Positions 33,217 to 42,800 of a DNA stretch of 44,041 nt are shown in pieces. Under the pieces are notes generated by a model. It was not told the origin of the DNA and did not search any database. It saw only the letters and a program-made list of their open reading frames with translations. Origin of the DNA: a virus (lineage: Duplodnaviria > Caudoviricetes); IMG/VR virus record IMGVR_UViG_3300020440_000001, positions 1-44,041 of that record. One strand, written 5' to 3'. Numbering within the stretch: the first letter of the stretch is position 1; each line of letters opens with the position of its first letter. The position numbers and the translations under genes are program-made.

Positions 33217-34837
33217 TCTTCCATCCGTTGTCCGCTAGGTCTTGGATCATCCTTGCCGCTACCGCCGAGGACACATCGGTGGGAAGACCATACTTCTTGA
33301 GCAGCGCCTCTTGCTTGAGAGAAGCCTTGCCCAGTTTACGCCGCATCATAATCTGTCCAATCAGAGAGCCTGCTTGCTTGCGGGTCAACCCTTCAGGGTC
33401 AACACCTTGGTTAGCAAGGAAAGTCATCTGCTTGGTGGTAGCCATGTCTACTTTCTGTGACGGCTGCACCGGGGCGTAGCCCATGTCATCAAACGGACTG
33501 ATGCTTCGGCTGGTGTAGGTCGAAGCCAACTTCAACTTGGCCCGCTTCAACTTCTCCTGCTCGGCTGCCTCTGCAGATTCCTTCGCGGCTTCCTCTTGAA
33601 TGCGGGCCTTCTCCATTTCTTCGATTGGGTCAAGCAAATCACCTGCGGTAGCCATCTCTGCTGCTCGTGCGGGCAAGTCCTTTGCATCGTCGCCAGCCAA
33701 CACATCAAAAGTGGTAATAAGCCTGTGCCTACCAGCGTTGCCCTTGAAGTCGAGCACCATCAGGTCAGGTTTATTCGACGCTGCTATGAGATCCCTGCGG
33801 ATCGTCGCTGACGAATCGTATGGGAGGGAAACCGTCGGCCTCGTCCCCCGCCCTACGCATTGCGTGTACTTCGCTCGAACCTTGGTCGCCGTCATCATGC
33901 ACACTGCAGCGACGGGCGGCGCGTCGAAGCCCTCCACTAGCACTTGCACATTCACTACAAACTGAACTGTCCCGCCCGCAAATTGCGCAAGCAATTCTCT
34001 TCGCTCTTCGGATGGCGTCTTCCCAGATACCCATGCTGCTGCTCCCGGCTTATGCCTGTTGATGATGTCGCAGATCAGGCGGGCCTGCCGCACTGTGCCT
34101 GCAAAAATAATTGTTTGTCTGTCCCCAACCAACTCCAGTGTGGGGTGCACCATGCCGTGCAGGTTCTTCTCTTCTTCCAGAATCTCAGCCAACTCTGCGC
34201 CGCACAACTCGCCGCCAACTGTCTTCACCTTAGAGTAGTCAAGCGTGCCAACCTGCACGAACCGCTGCTTGATAGGTACAAGCCAGCCGTCATTGATGCC
34301 GTCCAAGATGTTGTATTCGTACGAGCAGGTGTCGAACACGTTGTGCATACCGACCCTATCTCCACGGTCAGGTGTGGCTGTCACCCCTACTAACTTCAGG
34401 CGTGGGTTGCCATCCTGCATGTACTTGATGAACTCACGGTACGACGAGCTTGCCGCGTGGTGTGCCTCGTCAATCAGCAGCAGGTTGAAATCCTTGGGGT
34501 CAAACTTAGTGTACCGCTTGATGCCCAGCGGCCCGGACACCAACGACTGGATACTTGCAATGACAATCTTGTCAAAGCACTCGCTCTTCTGCTCTGCTTT
34601 CTCAATGCCGGGGATGACCCCGATGGTATCCATGATCCTCTTCTCGGGCTGACGGATCAACTCATCACGATGCGCAACAAGCATGGCCCTGCCGCCACGT
34701 GATATGCACGATCGGATCATCTCGATCATCACCACGGTCTTGCCAAGACCAGTAGCCATGCTGATCAGCGTGCTGCTGTGCTCAACAAGATCAGAGCGAC
34801 AGGCGGCGACTGCCTCCTCTTGGTAATCACGGAGCAT
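33197..34837 (-). CDS. Superfamily II (DExH) helicase (546 aa)
   Basis: LRDYQ Q-motif, ATGLGKT, LIDEAHH, TATP, EGFD.P and Q.VGRG.R. AGGAG RBS before ATG 34837. Confidence 0.92.
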   Translation of the reverse strand: MLRDYQEEAVAACRSDLVEHSSTLISMATGLGKTVVMIEMIRSCISRGGRAMLVAHRDELIRQPEKRIMDTIGVIPGIEKAEQKSECFDKIVIASIQSLVSGPLGIKRYTKFDPKDFNLLLIDEAHHAASSSYREFIKYMQDGNPRLKLVGVTATPDRGDRVGMHNVFDTCSYEYNILDGINDGWLVPIKQRFVQVGTLDYSKVKTVGGELCGAELAEILEEEKNLHGMVHPTLELVGDRQTIIFAGTVRQARLICDIINRHKPGAAAWVSGKTPSEERRELLAQFAGGTVQFVVNVQVLVEGFDAPPVAAVCMMTATKVRAKYTQCVGRGTRPTVSLPYDSSATIRRDLIAASNKPDLMVLDFKGNAGRHRLITTFDVLAGDDAKDLPARAAEMATAGDLLDPIEEMEKARIQEEAAKESAEAAEQEKLKRAKLKLASTYTSRSISPFDDMGYAPVQPSQKVDMATTKQMTFLANQGVDPEGLTRKQAGSLIGQIMMRRKLGKASLKQEALLKKYGLPTDVSSAVAARMIQDLADNGWKIESPTR

Positions 34838-35129
34838 CCCGCAACTCCTGAGGAACGAGGACCTTGATACGGAACTCGTTAGTCCATCCACTACCGCCGC
34901 ACGCCCGGCAGCCGCGCCCGTCGCAGAACTTGCAAAGAGTTTCAGGCCGTGCCCAACTGAGCAATTGCATCAGTCGGTGGTGCACAAGTTTGAACTCTTC
35001 CGCGTCCTGTCTGGAGAACATGGCGGGGGCATGCTTGTGTAGCTTCTCCGCCTGCTCGTCCATATTGTCCAGCCGTTGGATCATATAGTCCACGTACTGT
35101 CTTACTTTGTCTCCATCCATCTTATCCAT
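34827..35129 (-). CDS. Hypothetical protein with CxxCxGxG/CxxCxGxG zinc finger (~100 aa)
   Basis: CKFCDGRGCRACGGSG. First gene of the replication operon. Confidence 0.7.
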   Translation of the reverse strand: MDKMDGDKVRQYVDYMIQRLDNMDEQAEKLHKHAPAMFSRQDAEEFKLVHHRLMQLLSWARPETLCKFCDGRGCRACGGSGWTNEFRIKVLVPQELRDAP

Positions 35130-35197
35130 GCCGGGCAAAGTACCAAGTCTTACAGCAGGCGTGAGGATTATTTTCCAATTTTTCTACCCACCCCCCC

Positions 35198-35256
35198 TTG
35201 ACAAGTTGTACCCCTGCTCTGGTATAACCCCTAACAGCACCCCAGTCATAAGGAGG
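35198..35256 (+). promoter_or_regulatory. sigma70-type promoter and RBS for the recombination operon
   Basis: TTGACA 35198-35203; TGG-TATAAC (extended -10, 35223-35228; the 19-nt spacer is long); AAGGAGG 35250-35256. Confidence 0.55.
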
Positions 35257-35262
35257 AATCTA

Positions 35263-36093
35263 GTGCTACAGCAGTTAGATGAAGATGTTTATCGTGGCCT
35301 GAAACACATGAACCAATCGGTTCTGAAGAATGGCCTGAGATCAATGCAGCACCTGCGCGCAGCAGTAAATGGTGAGCTGCCTTACAAGGAGACACCTGCT
35401 CTTGCCTTCGGGACACTGGTACACACCGTGGTTCTTGAGCCGGACTTGGCAACCGAGATGTATGCCCTTGCTCCAAAGGTTGACCGTCGAACCAAGGCGG
35501 GTAAGCAAGAGTGGGAAGACTTCTCCCGTGTCCATGCTGACAAGACGCCAGTGACATCCGAGGACTGGAACAAGGCGTGGGCAATGCGTGAACAGGTCAT
35601 GGCTCACCCATCAGCAGCACACATTCTCAACCGCAAGAATGCCAAGGTTGAGCACGCTGCTATCTGGGCTGACCAAGAGACTGGTATCTCATGCAAAGCC
35701 AAGATCGACTTCTTTGCCCCGGGCAAGGGAAAGCAGAAGCCAATCATCGCAGACCTCAAGACCACTATGGATGCAGGGCCACGCTCGTTCGCCAAGTCCA
35801 TTGCGTCTTTCAACTATCACATGCAGCAGGCTTTCTATACAGATGGGGTAGCCCAATGCGAGAACAGACACTGCCGATTCATCTTCATTGCTGTTGAGAA
35901 AGAAGCCCCGCACGCTGTCGGTGTGTATGAACTGGGCGAAGAGGCAGCAGAGGCCGGAAGAAAAACTTACAGAAATCTGCTAAGGCAGTGGAAATCTTGT
36001 CTTGAGTCTGGTACATTTACTGGATACGGGGACGGAGTAGAAACTCTGGACTTGCCTGAGTGGGCCAAGTCCGACCCCAACCTAATCATTTGA
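35263..36093 (+). CDS. RecE/exonuclease VIII-like PD-(D/E)XK nuclease (DUF3799-like)
   Basis: S.LK, TPAL.FGT..H..VLEP, DRRTKAGK, CKAKID, DLKTT, Y..Q.AFY and FIAVEK.AP motifs. GTG start after RBS. Confidence 0.9.
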   Translation: MLQQLDEDVYRGLKHMNQSVLKNGLRSMQHLRAAVNGELPYKETPALAFGTLVHTVVLEPDLATEMYALAPKVDRRTKAGKQEWEDFSRVHADKTPVTSEDWNKAWAMREQVMAHPSAAHILNRKNAKVEHAAIWADQETGISCKAKIDFFAPGKGKQKPIIADLKTTMDAGPRSFAKSIASFNYHMQQAFYTDGVAQCENRHCRFIFIAVEKEAPHAVGVYELGEEAAEAGRKTYRNLLRQWKSCLESGTFTGYGDGVETLDLPEWAKSDPNLII

Positions 36094-36103
36094 GGATCAT
36101 CCC

Positions 36104-36472
36104 ATGGATATTCAATCAGCATTCCCATCCCGCTACATGAAAGCCGCCGATCTGCCTCAGCCCAAGACCCTCACCATCCGTGGTGTTGAGATTGAGCGAA
36201 TGCAGGATGGCACCCAGAAGCCAGCCGTGTCGTTCCACGAGTCGGAACAACTGTTCATCTTGAACAAGACCAATGCCAATGCACTCGAAGCGTTGTATGG
36301 TCGAGATACAAACTTCTGGGCCAACCAGCGGGTCACTCTCTATCAAGCGGAAGCCGAGTTCCAAGGCCGACGCATCCCCTGCATTCGTTGCCAACAGCCT
36401 GAAGCGGCACCAGCCACACCGGCACCAGCCGCTGCACCTTCTCCCACAAATCAAGGCGAAGTTCCTTTCTAA
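36104..36472 (+). CDS. Single-stranded DNA-binding-like protein (122 aa)
   Basis: FPS.Y.KAADL...LNKTNA..L...YG.DT..W family. Pro/Ala linker and EVPF C-terminal tip. Confidence 0.7.
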   Translation: MDIQSAFPSRYMKAADLPQPKTLTIRGVEIERMQDGTQKPAVSFHESEQLFILNKTNANALEALYGRDTNFWANQRVTLYQAEAEFQGRRIPCIRCQQPEAAPATPAPAAAPSPTNQGEVPF

Positions 36473-36491
36473 TCTCCTTGCTATCTCCCCA

Positions 36492-36524
36492 GTCCCCGGG
36501 GGTTATCCACCTACCCCCGGGGAC
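36492..36524. other. GC-rich 11-12-bp inverted repeat with a DnaA-box-like sequence in the loop
   Basis: GTCCCCGGGGG (36492-36502) pairs with CCCCCGGGGAC (36514-36524). TTATCCACC lies between them. Confidence 0.6.
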
Positions 36525-36532
36525 ACTTCTCT

Positions 36533-36757
36533 ATGACAGAACCAGTAGCGGCGTGGCATAAAAGGCTAAGCGAAGACGAGCTTGCCAAAGTGACAATCGA
36601 CCCTGATTGTCCTCGGTGCGGATCTGACCAGCAAAGTCATATCGGCTCCTACATACAAGGTTACTCTCGCAAGAACGTAATTGAAACCGTATACTTTACT
36701 TGCAAAGAATGCGGCCATACACACAAAGCGCACGAGTTAGTGTGCGACAGAATGTGA
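36533..36757 (+). CDS. Zinc-ribbon protein (74 aa)
   Basis: CPRCGS...YFTCKECGH. Weak RBS. Confidence 0.55.
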   Translation: MTEPVAAWHKRLSEDELAKVTIDPDCPRCGSDQQSHIGSYIQGYSRKNVIETVYFTCKECGHTHKAHELVCDRM

Positions 36758-36769
36758 CCTCCCTCCTTG

Positions 36770-36806
36770 GCCCCCAGCCGTTTCGCATAGGCTGGGGGCT
36801 TTTTTT
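36770..36806 (+). terminator. Rho-independent terminator between convergent operons
   Basis: GCCCCCAGCC (36770-36779) / GGCTGGGGGC (36790-36799) followed by a T7 run. Confidence 0.85.
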
Positions 36807-39800
36807 ATTTCTCAAGCTTTTCGCGCTGGAGGGCACGAGTTGCGGCCCGCATAATCTGGACACGCACTGCTGCCTCACCCATCTGCCCAAGCGGGACATC
36901 TCTGTCTGTGAACCGAAGAGTTTCCAGTTGCTTGTCGAGCGCACCTTCTTTGATGTCGTACGGCCTGAATATGCCGTCCACCAAATCAGCTGACAGATTC
37001 TCACTGACATAGTTTGCCTGCAGAATTTGCCTGAGCTCACCATCAGTGATGCCAAACGCACGCATCCTGCGCACGTGCCCGAACAGTTGCTTCTGCAGTG
37101 CACGGCGGTTGCCGTTGTAGTATTGCACGGCTGCCTGCAAATCTTCCCGAGACACCTCGCCCTGCCGTTGTGCAACACGGTTCATTCGTGCACGCAACTC
37201 ACGGTCTAGCCGATTGAACTCAGACACCTTGAACATGAACGCCTGATTCGGGTTGATGGTTTCAAACTTGAAGCCGCTGAGCAACTGCATGATTTGCGAG
37301 CCCATGTCATATCGCTTGCCGTAGTCATCAACGTGCCCATCTGCTGCAAGAATCAAACGCTCAACAGTCTTGACGGTACCCGGCATGGTTGCACCCATGA
37401 GGTGCTGGATAGCCTGACTGATCTGCGACGCCTTGGTTGAGCCCGGGTCATACAGCGGACGCCCAAGTTCATCTTGCCCACGAACGATGTCGTAGATTGC
37501 AGAGTAGCCAATCTCCTTGCCGATAAACGGGCGGAAGATATTCTCAACTGCAGAGATCAACCGATCCTGCACAGCTTCGTCATCTCGCGCAAGCAGTGCA
37601 AGGAATGGCTGCCGGAAGTAAACGAACGGATCAACGTACCCGTAGTTTACGAATGAAAGATCGCCACCTTCTTGACGGTAGAACAAGAGCACCGAGTCCT
37701 TGTTCCAAAATGGCAGCATGCCACGGACGGCGCGCTCTTCTTCTTCATCTACACCCGAGATGCTGCGCATTGCAGCAGCCAAGATTGTTGGCAGCACCAT
37801 CATCATTCCCATGCCAGCCACGCGCTGCTGTCCAATCTTCCGCTTCATTGGGTTGTCGCTTGCGAGCTCCGCTCTTGCAATGTTGATGCGCCCAATAGAT
37901 GTGCGGATCAACTCTGAAGTAAAGGACGGGAACGTGCCAAAGAATGGAATGTTGCGCAGAGCCTTGACTGCCTCAGGCACACGGTCATAGTTAGGCAGCG
38001 TGTTGGACACAATCTCTGCAGCCTCGACCGCCATTGCATCCTCACTCTTCGTGCCGCCGTAAGCTGCACGCAACCGTGCAAGCTCGATGTCGTAGGCCAG
38101 CACCTTGAAGAAGTCATCTTCTGCCTTGTAGGTAGATGCAAATCCATCAAGAGTTTTCTTGGTCAGACGGCCTGCTTCGCCAAGCCCTTCCATGAATTGC
38201 TCCATCGTGCCATCGCCACCACGCTGCCACATGGCTTCGACTTCGCGGAAGTCACTGGTGTTGACAACACCAAGCTCAAGCAGATCCTGATACCTACGTT
38301 GCGACTCTGCACGGTTGACACCAAAGATGCCGTTGCCTGCAGTAACAGTGAAGTAGGCTTCCTTGATTGACTTGCCTGAGTTAAAGATGTCAGTCAGGTA
38401 CCCGTTGGCAGCCATGAAGGAAAGGTTGCCGACCACGTTGCGCACCTGTGTCTCAACAGACAGCACGGTCTTGCCGAACTTGACGGCAGAGTTGAACCGC
38501 AACGCCAGCCGGATGAGCGGGTTCATTGCAGAGTCGTTGTTCGCAGCTTTAGTAATCAGCTCGATAGACTCTTTCATTTCAGGCGTGGCATACAAACCTC
38601 TGAACGGACTGACTGGATCAGACACGTCAAGGTTGTCAAATGGCACCAGACCTTCTGGCCGGTTGGGCTCAGTGCCATAGAAGAGGAACCCTTCTTTCAA
38701 GCCATTCTGCACCAGACTCTGATTGAACCTGAAAGTCTCCAGCGAACGGATCATCTTGGTGACTGAGTTGGCGTAGTTCACCATGGGGTCCGTGCCTTCG
38801 CCAAGGAATGCACGGTACGCCTGCACCAGTTCGTTGTTACCCTCGTAGTCAAACTGGTTGAGCTTGTCACGCTCACGCATCAAGCGCCCAGTCTTCCGCT
38901 CGTAGGTCTTACGCCTGATCTTCTTGGCGGCAAACAAATCATCAAGCTTGATCTGCTCTTCATCCAGAGCCGCGAGTTCCTTCTGCTTGTCCCGCTCAAC
39001 AAGTTTGCGACGCATGAAGATAGAGTTTGCAGCACCGTCACCCATGGCTGCAGCAAATGCCATAGGTGAATCACTACTGCTTGCACGGTACAAGATGTCA
39101 TCCATCAACTGGTTGATGACGGCACCGCGCTGCTCCACACCGATATGCCGTGGGTTGCGCTTGCCGTCAGGCAGGAACTGCGGTTCCTTTGCAGCCTGTT
39201 CAAAGAAATCTTTGTACGCATTATGCAGGGCCGCGCGCATCCTGCTGCGAACTTCAGGCTCTACCTTCTTCGACCAGTCTGGATCAGAGAATGCCTCATA
39301 CCTTCGGGTCATGTAGAAACCAATGTTGTCTTCGATGACACCAACCATCTCTTCAGACACCATGTCATTTTCATTTGCAATTCGTCTGGAGAGATTGTCA
39401 ATGTGCTGTCGCATGCTCTTGACAATTTCACGCATGTCTGGCGTGATGTTCATGGAGGTAGGCGCAGTGTCAATTTCGTGCACTGGCATCTGCAGCAACC
39501 TGTTGACATCACCCATTGCCTGCTCACGCTCAGAACCCTTGCGGAACTTCTTCGCAATGCCACGCCATACCTGTTGGTTGAGCTTGGTTGCACGGTCAAT
39601 CTCTGCACCGATCCTGCCATCTTTCTCAACAGACTTGCGGAGCACGGAAGCGGGGACGCCACGCTGGTACGTGAGGTTCTTGACGGAAAGTCGCTTGACT
39701 TTCTTTGCTACAGTCTTGAGCTCCTTGCTGGTCAGTGCAGCAACTTCGCTAAGACCACGACTGTATGCAATGTTGACATCGTTGGTCATGCGGCCATCGC

Positions 39801-42800
39801 CTACTGCAGAGTACAACTGCTTAGAGTCGATAGCGATGTAACTGTATGAGTCAGGGTTGACGATGACTTCGGGGTACTTGCGTGCGAAGTCTTTCAGAGC
39901 CTTACGAATATTTGCGTCGCTGATGATGTAGCGTCCTGCAATTTTGGACCCAAGAGTGCCCTTTTTCTCGGGCAGTTGCCGCTTCATCAAGTCTTTAATT
40001 TTGGAGTAGTCTTCTTCTACTCTGTAGAAATCAGCGTACGCCTCCATATACTCTCTTGACTTCTTGTCGCCTTTCATTCGGTCAAGAGTTTCATTTAGCC
40101 GGTTGGTGTATGCAGAGTAGTCCACCCCCGGCTCATACCTGTTCAGGTATCGCACACCGTCGAAGCCTAGGTCTTTGAGAATGAACTGCATAAACTCGGG
40201 GTCCATGAAATCAACTCTGCGCAATGCCATGTAATCAACGCCCGAGTATTGCTCTGCGAGACTTTCAAAGTATGCTTCATATGAGCCATGCACACTGAGA
40301 ATCTGCTTGTGCCTAGCCGTATGGTTCTTTTTGATCTCTGTCTCCAAAGAATCCATAAGAGAATCCAAGTGCCAAGTCATTAGGTCCGGCAGAGTTACTG
40401 GGTTGCGGATGTCCGCATACAAAGCGTATACGCGGGGGTTGCTGAAGGTCCGCACATCACCCGAAAAGCCCTCTGCAATCTTTGGGTTGTCAGAAAGGTG
40501 TATGCCGATCTGACTGAAGTTCGGGTTAAACATCAAAGGATCGTCGAAAGTTCTTCTTGTCCCGTGATACAAAATGTCCTTGACCTTGCTCTCGCCCATT
40601 GCAGCCCTGAACCGTTTGGTGCGGCGCAGGTTGGAAATGATACGAGACGGGTCAACTTCGTTGCCTGCGAAGTAATGGTTAGCCGGATCAATTTCCATGC
40701 CACGGCTGTAGCGTTTGCCGTCCTTGATCTCTTTGACTAGCTCTTGGATTGCTTGCCGCTTTGGTTTGCGTGCAATGACAACACCATTCTTGCCGCCGAC
40801 CAGCTCCACTTCTTCAAAGTACTTCTCAATCTCAGGCATGTAGAAAGTGGCATCCTCCGCCACTTGGTAAGACTCGCCGCGCATGGTCTCACCCTTCTTA
40901 CCTGAGTTATACATGGTGAAGTAGGCAACGCCATCCCGCTTGATAGCGTCAGCAGCCTGTGCAATCACTGGCTCACGATCATCCTTGTACTGGATAGTGT
41001 TGAGCACATTAGAAACTGTAGAGGTGTCGGTCTGTCCGCCCCGCAGCAAAGCTGCAGCTTTGCGGTTGTGCTCAAGAGATCTGTTAAAAGGATCGTAAAC
41101 AATGTTGTTGACCTTGTATCTCTTCTTCATCTCCTTAGTGATATGGTCATGCTTGCCGCCACCAATGTCTGCGTTTGTGCCGCCTGACTTGAAGACAACC
41201 TTGCCTTCATACTTGGCGTTCATAAGTTGCGGCATGTTTGCAATGTGTGCAATGGATGTACCAGCAGAGCCAATGTCTTGATCTTTGATTGGGCCTTCTG
41301 GATTCCAGAGGCGTGCAGTTCCTCGGCTGAATCGCACGCCCGTTTTTGGGTTACGTGATTCGGTAAGGTTCATTATCGACAGCATGTCGCTGGCATAAAC
41401 ACTGTCCTGTGTAAGCTCATACAAAATCTTTGTGCCGTCTGCAGCTGGACGATACAGAGGGTGGTTGAGCTGCATCTCCCTTACTTTTTTGAGGGAATCT
41501 CTTACCCTCAACAGCGGCTCAGGCTTTGGCCCTTTGTCAAAGCCATAGGCCTTATGCAAGCGTTTAAAGAAAGCAATTGTATTCGAGTCCGAGTTCATCT
41601 CAGCAACGTACTCGGTCACGTTTGTAAGGCCGTAAACAAGAGCGCCTGCACGACCCATGCCGCTAAGAGATTGTCCAGTCGTTACAAACTCAAGCGCAGA
41701 TGAACCGGGAAAACCCTTGTTGTTATTGTAGAAATCCTGAGCCTCAGTAATAAGTGTTCGTTGCGTGATTTCTGCTGGCCCCAAATCATCTTTCGTCAGG
41801 TCGAAAATGTTGGGCACTTTGACAATATGGTCGTGATTCGCCGCTGCCAAAGTCAAAATGTAAGAGTTTGCCAAGTCAATGGTCGAAAGGTAGCTGACCA
41901 TATCTTCGATGTCTTGATACGAGCTTTGGTCCGCAACCTCAAGCATTCGTATTCGTGTATCAATTTGTTTCTGATGAAACTCTCTTTTGATTTCAAGCTC
42001 GTTTCGTATATTTTGTAAGTCTCCTCTTCTCCTCAAGTGGCCGCCATCACCCCGATAGTCTTCGAGCATCTCAACGAGCTTCGGTCCAAAATCTAGATAG
42101 GCTCTGGCAAACATACCGTTGAGAGCCTCTCGCATTTCGTTGTGCGTGTAAGCGTGGGTTGCTTCATGCAGCACTGTCTTCAAGTGCGGCAGTAGTTTTC
42201 TGTATGCCGTGCTTGAGTCTGTGTATGTCACCTGCAAGTTGGCCTTAGACGTGTTTTCCAAAGCCTTAGTGCCAGTGTTTACATTGCCTGTCATCGACTC
42301 AAGACGAAGACCCGGCTGGAAAAAGCCTGCCGTTTTTGACTGTGCTGGTCCGAGCATTCTTGGCGTGAAGTAAATTACTTGATTTTGCAGCTGAGTGGGA
42401 GCAAAGTATGAGAAGTCTTCAAGCTTAGCAGCAATGTACGGGTCAATTTCCCTGATGATTTCAAGGGGCCTACCTGACACCAGTTCGCTAGCACGCACCG
42501 TGTAGCCCAGAGTTCCTTGCAGCTCAACCATCATGTCGGCATACATCAGGTTGCTGATAGAGCCGCCCGGCTCGCCCCCTCGCATCTGCATCCGGCTGAT
42601 GTGGCGGTCAATAATTTCGGTTGCCCTCTTTCGCAGTATTGACGATTGACCATCTAGCAGATCTTCCTGCAAAAAGTAACTTCCCAAAGGATCGTCCACG
42701 AGATCGTCAATAGCGCCTATTGCGCGCTCGCGCGTCTCTTGTCTTATCTGAATAAAATCTGTGTCATCAGAAAGACGGTCGTGATTTTGCGCCGCAAAGT

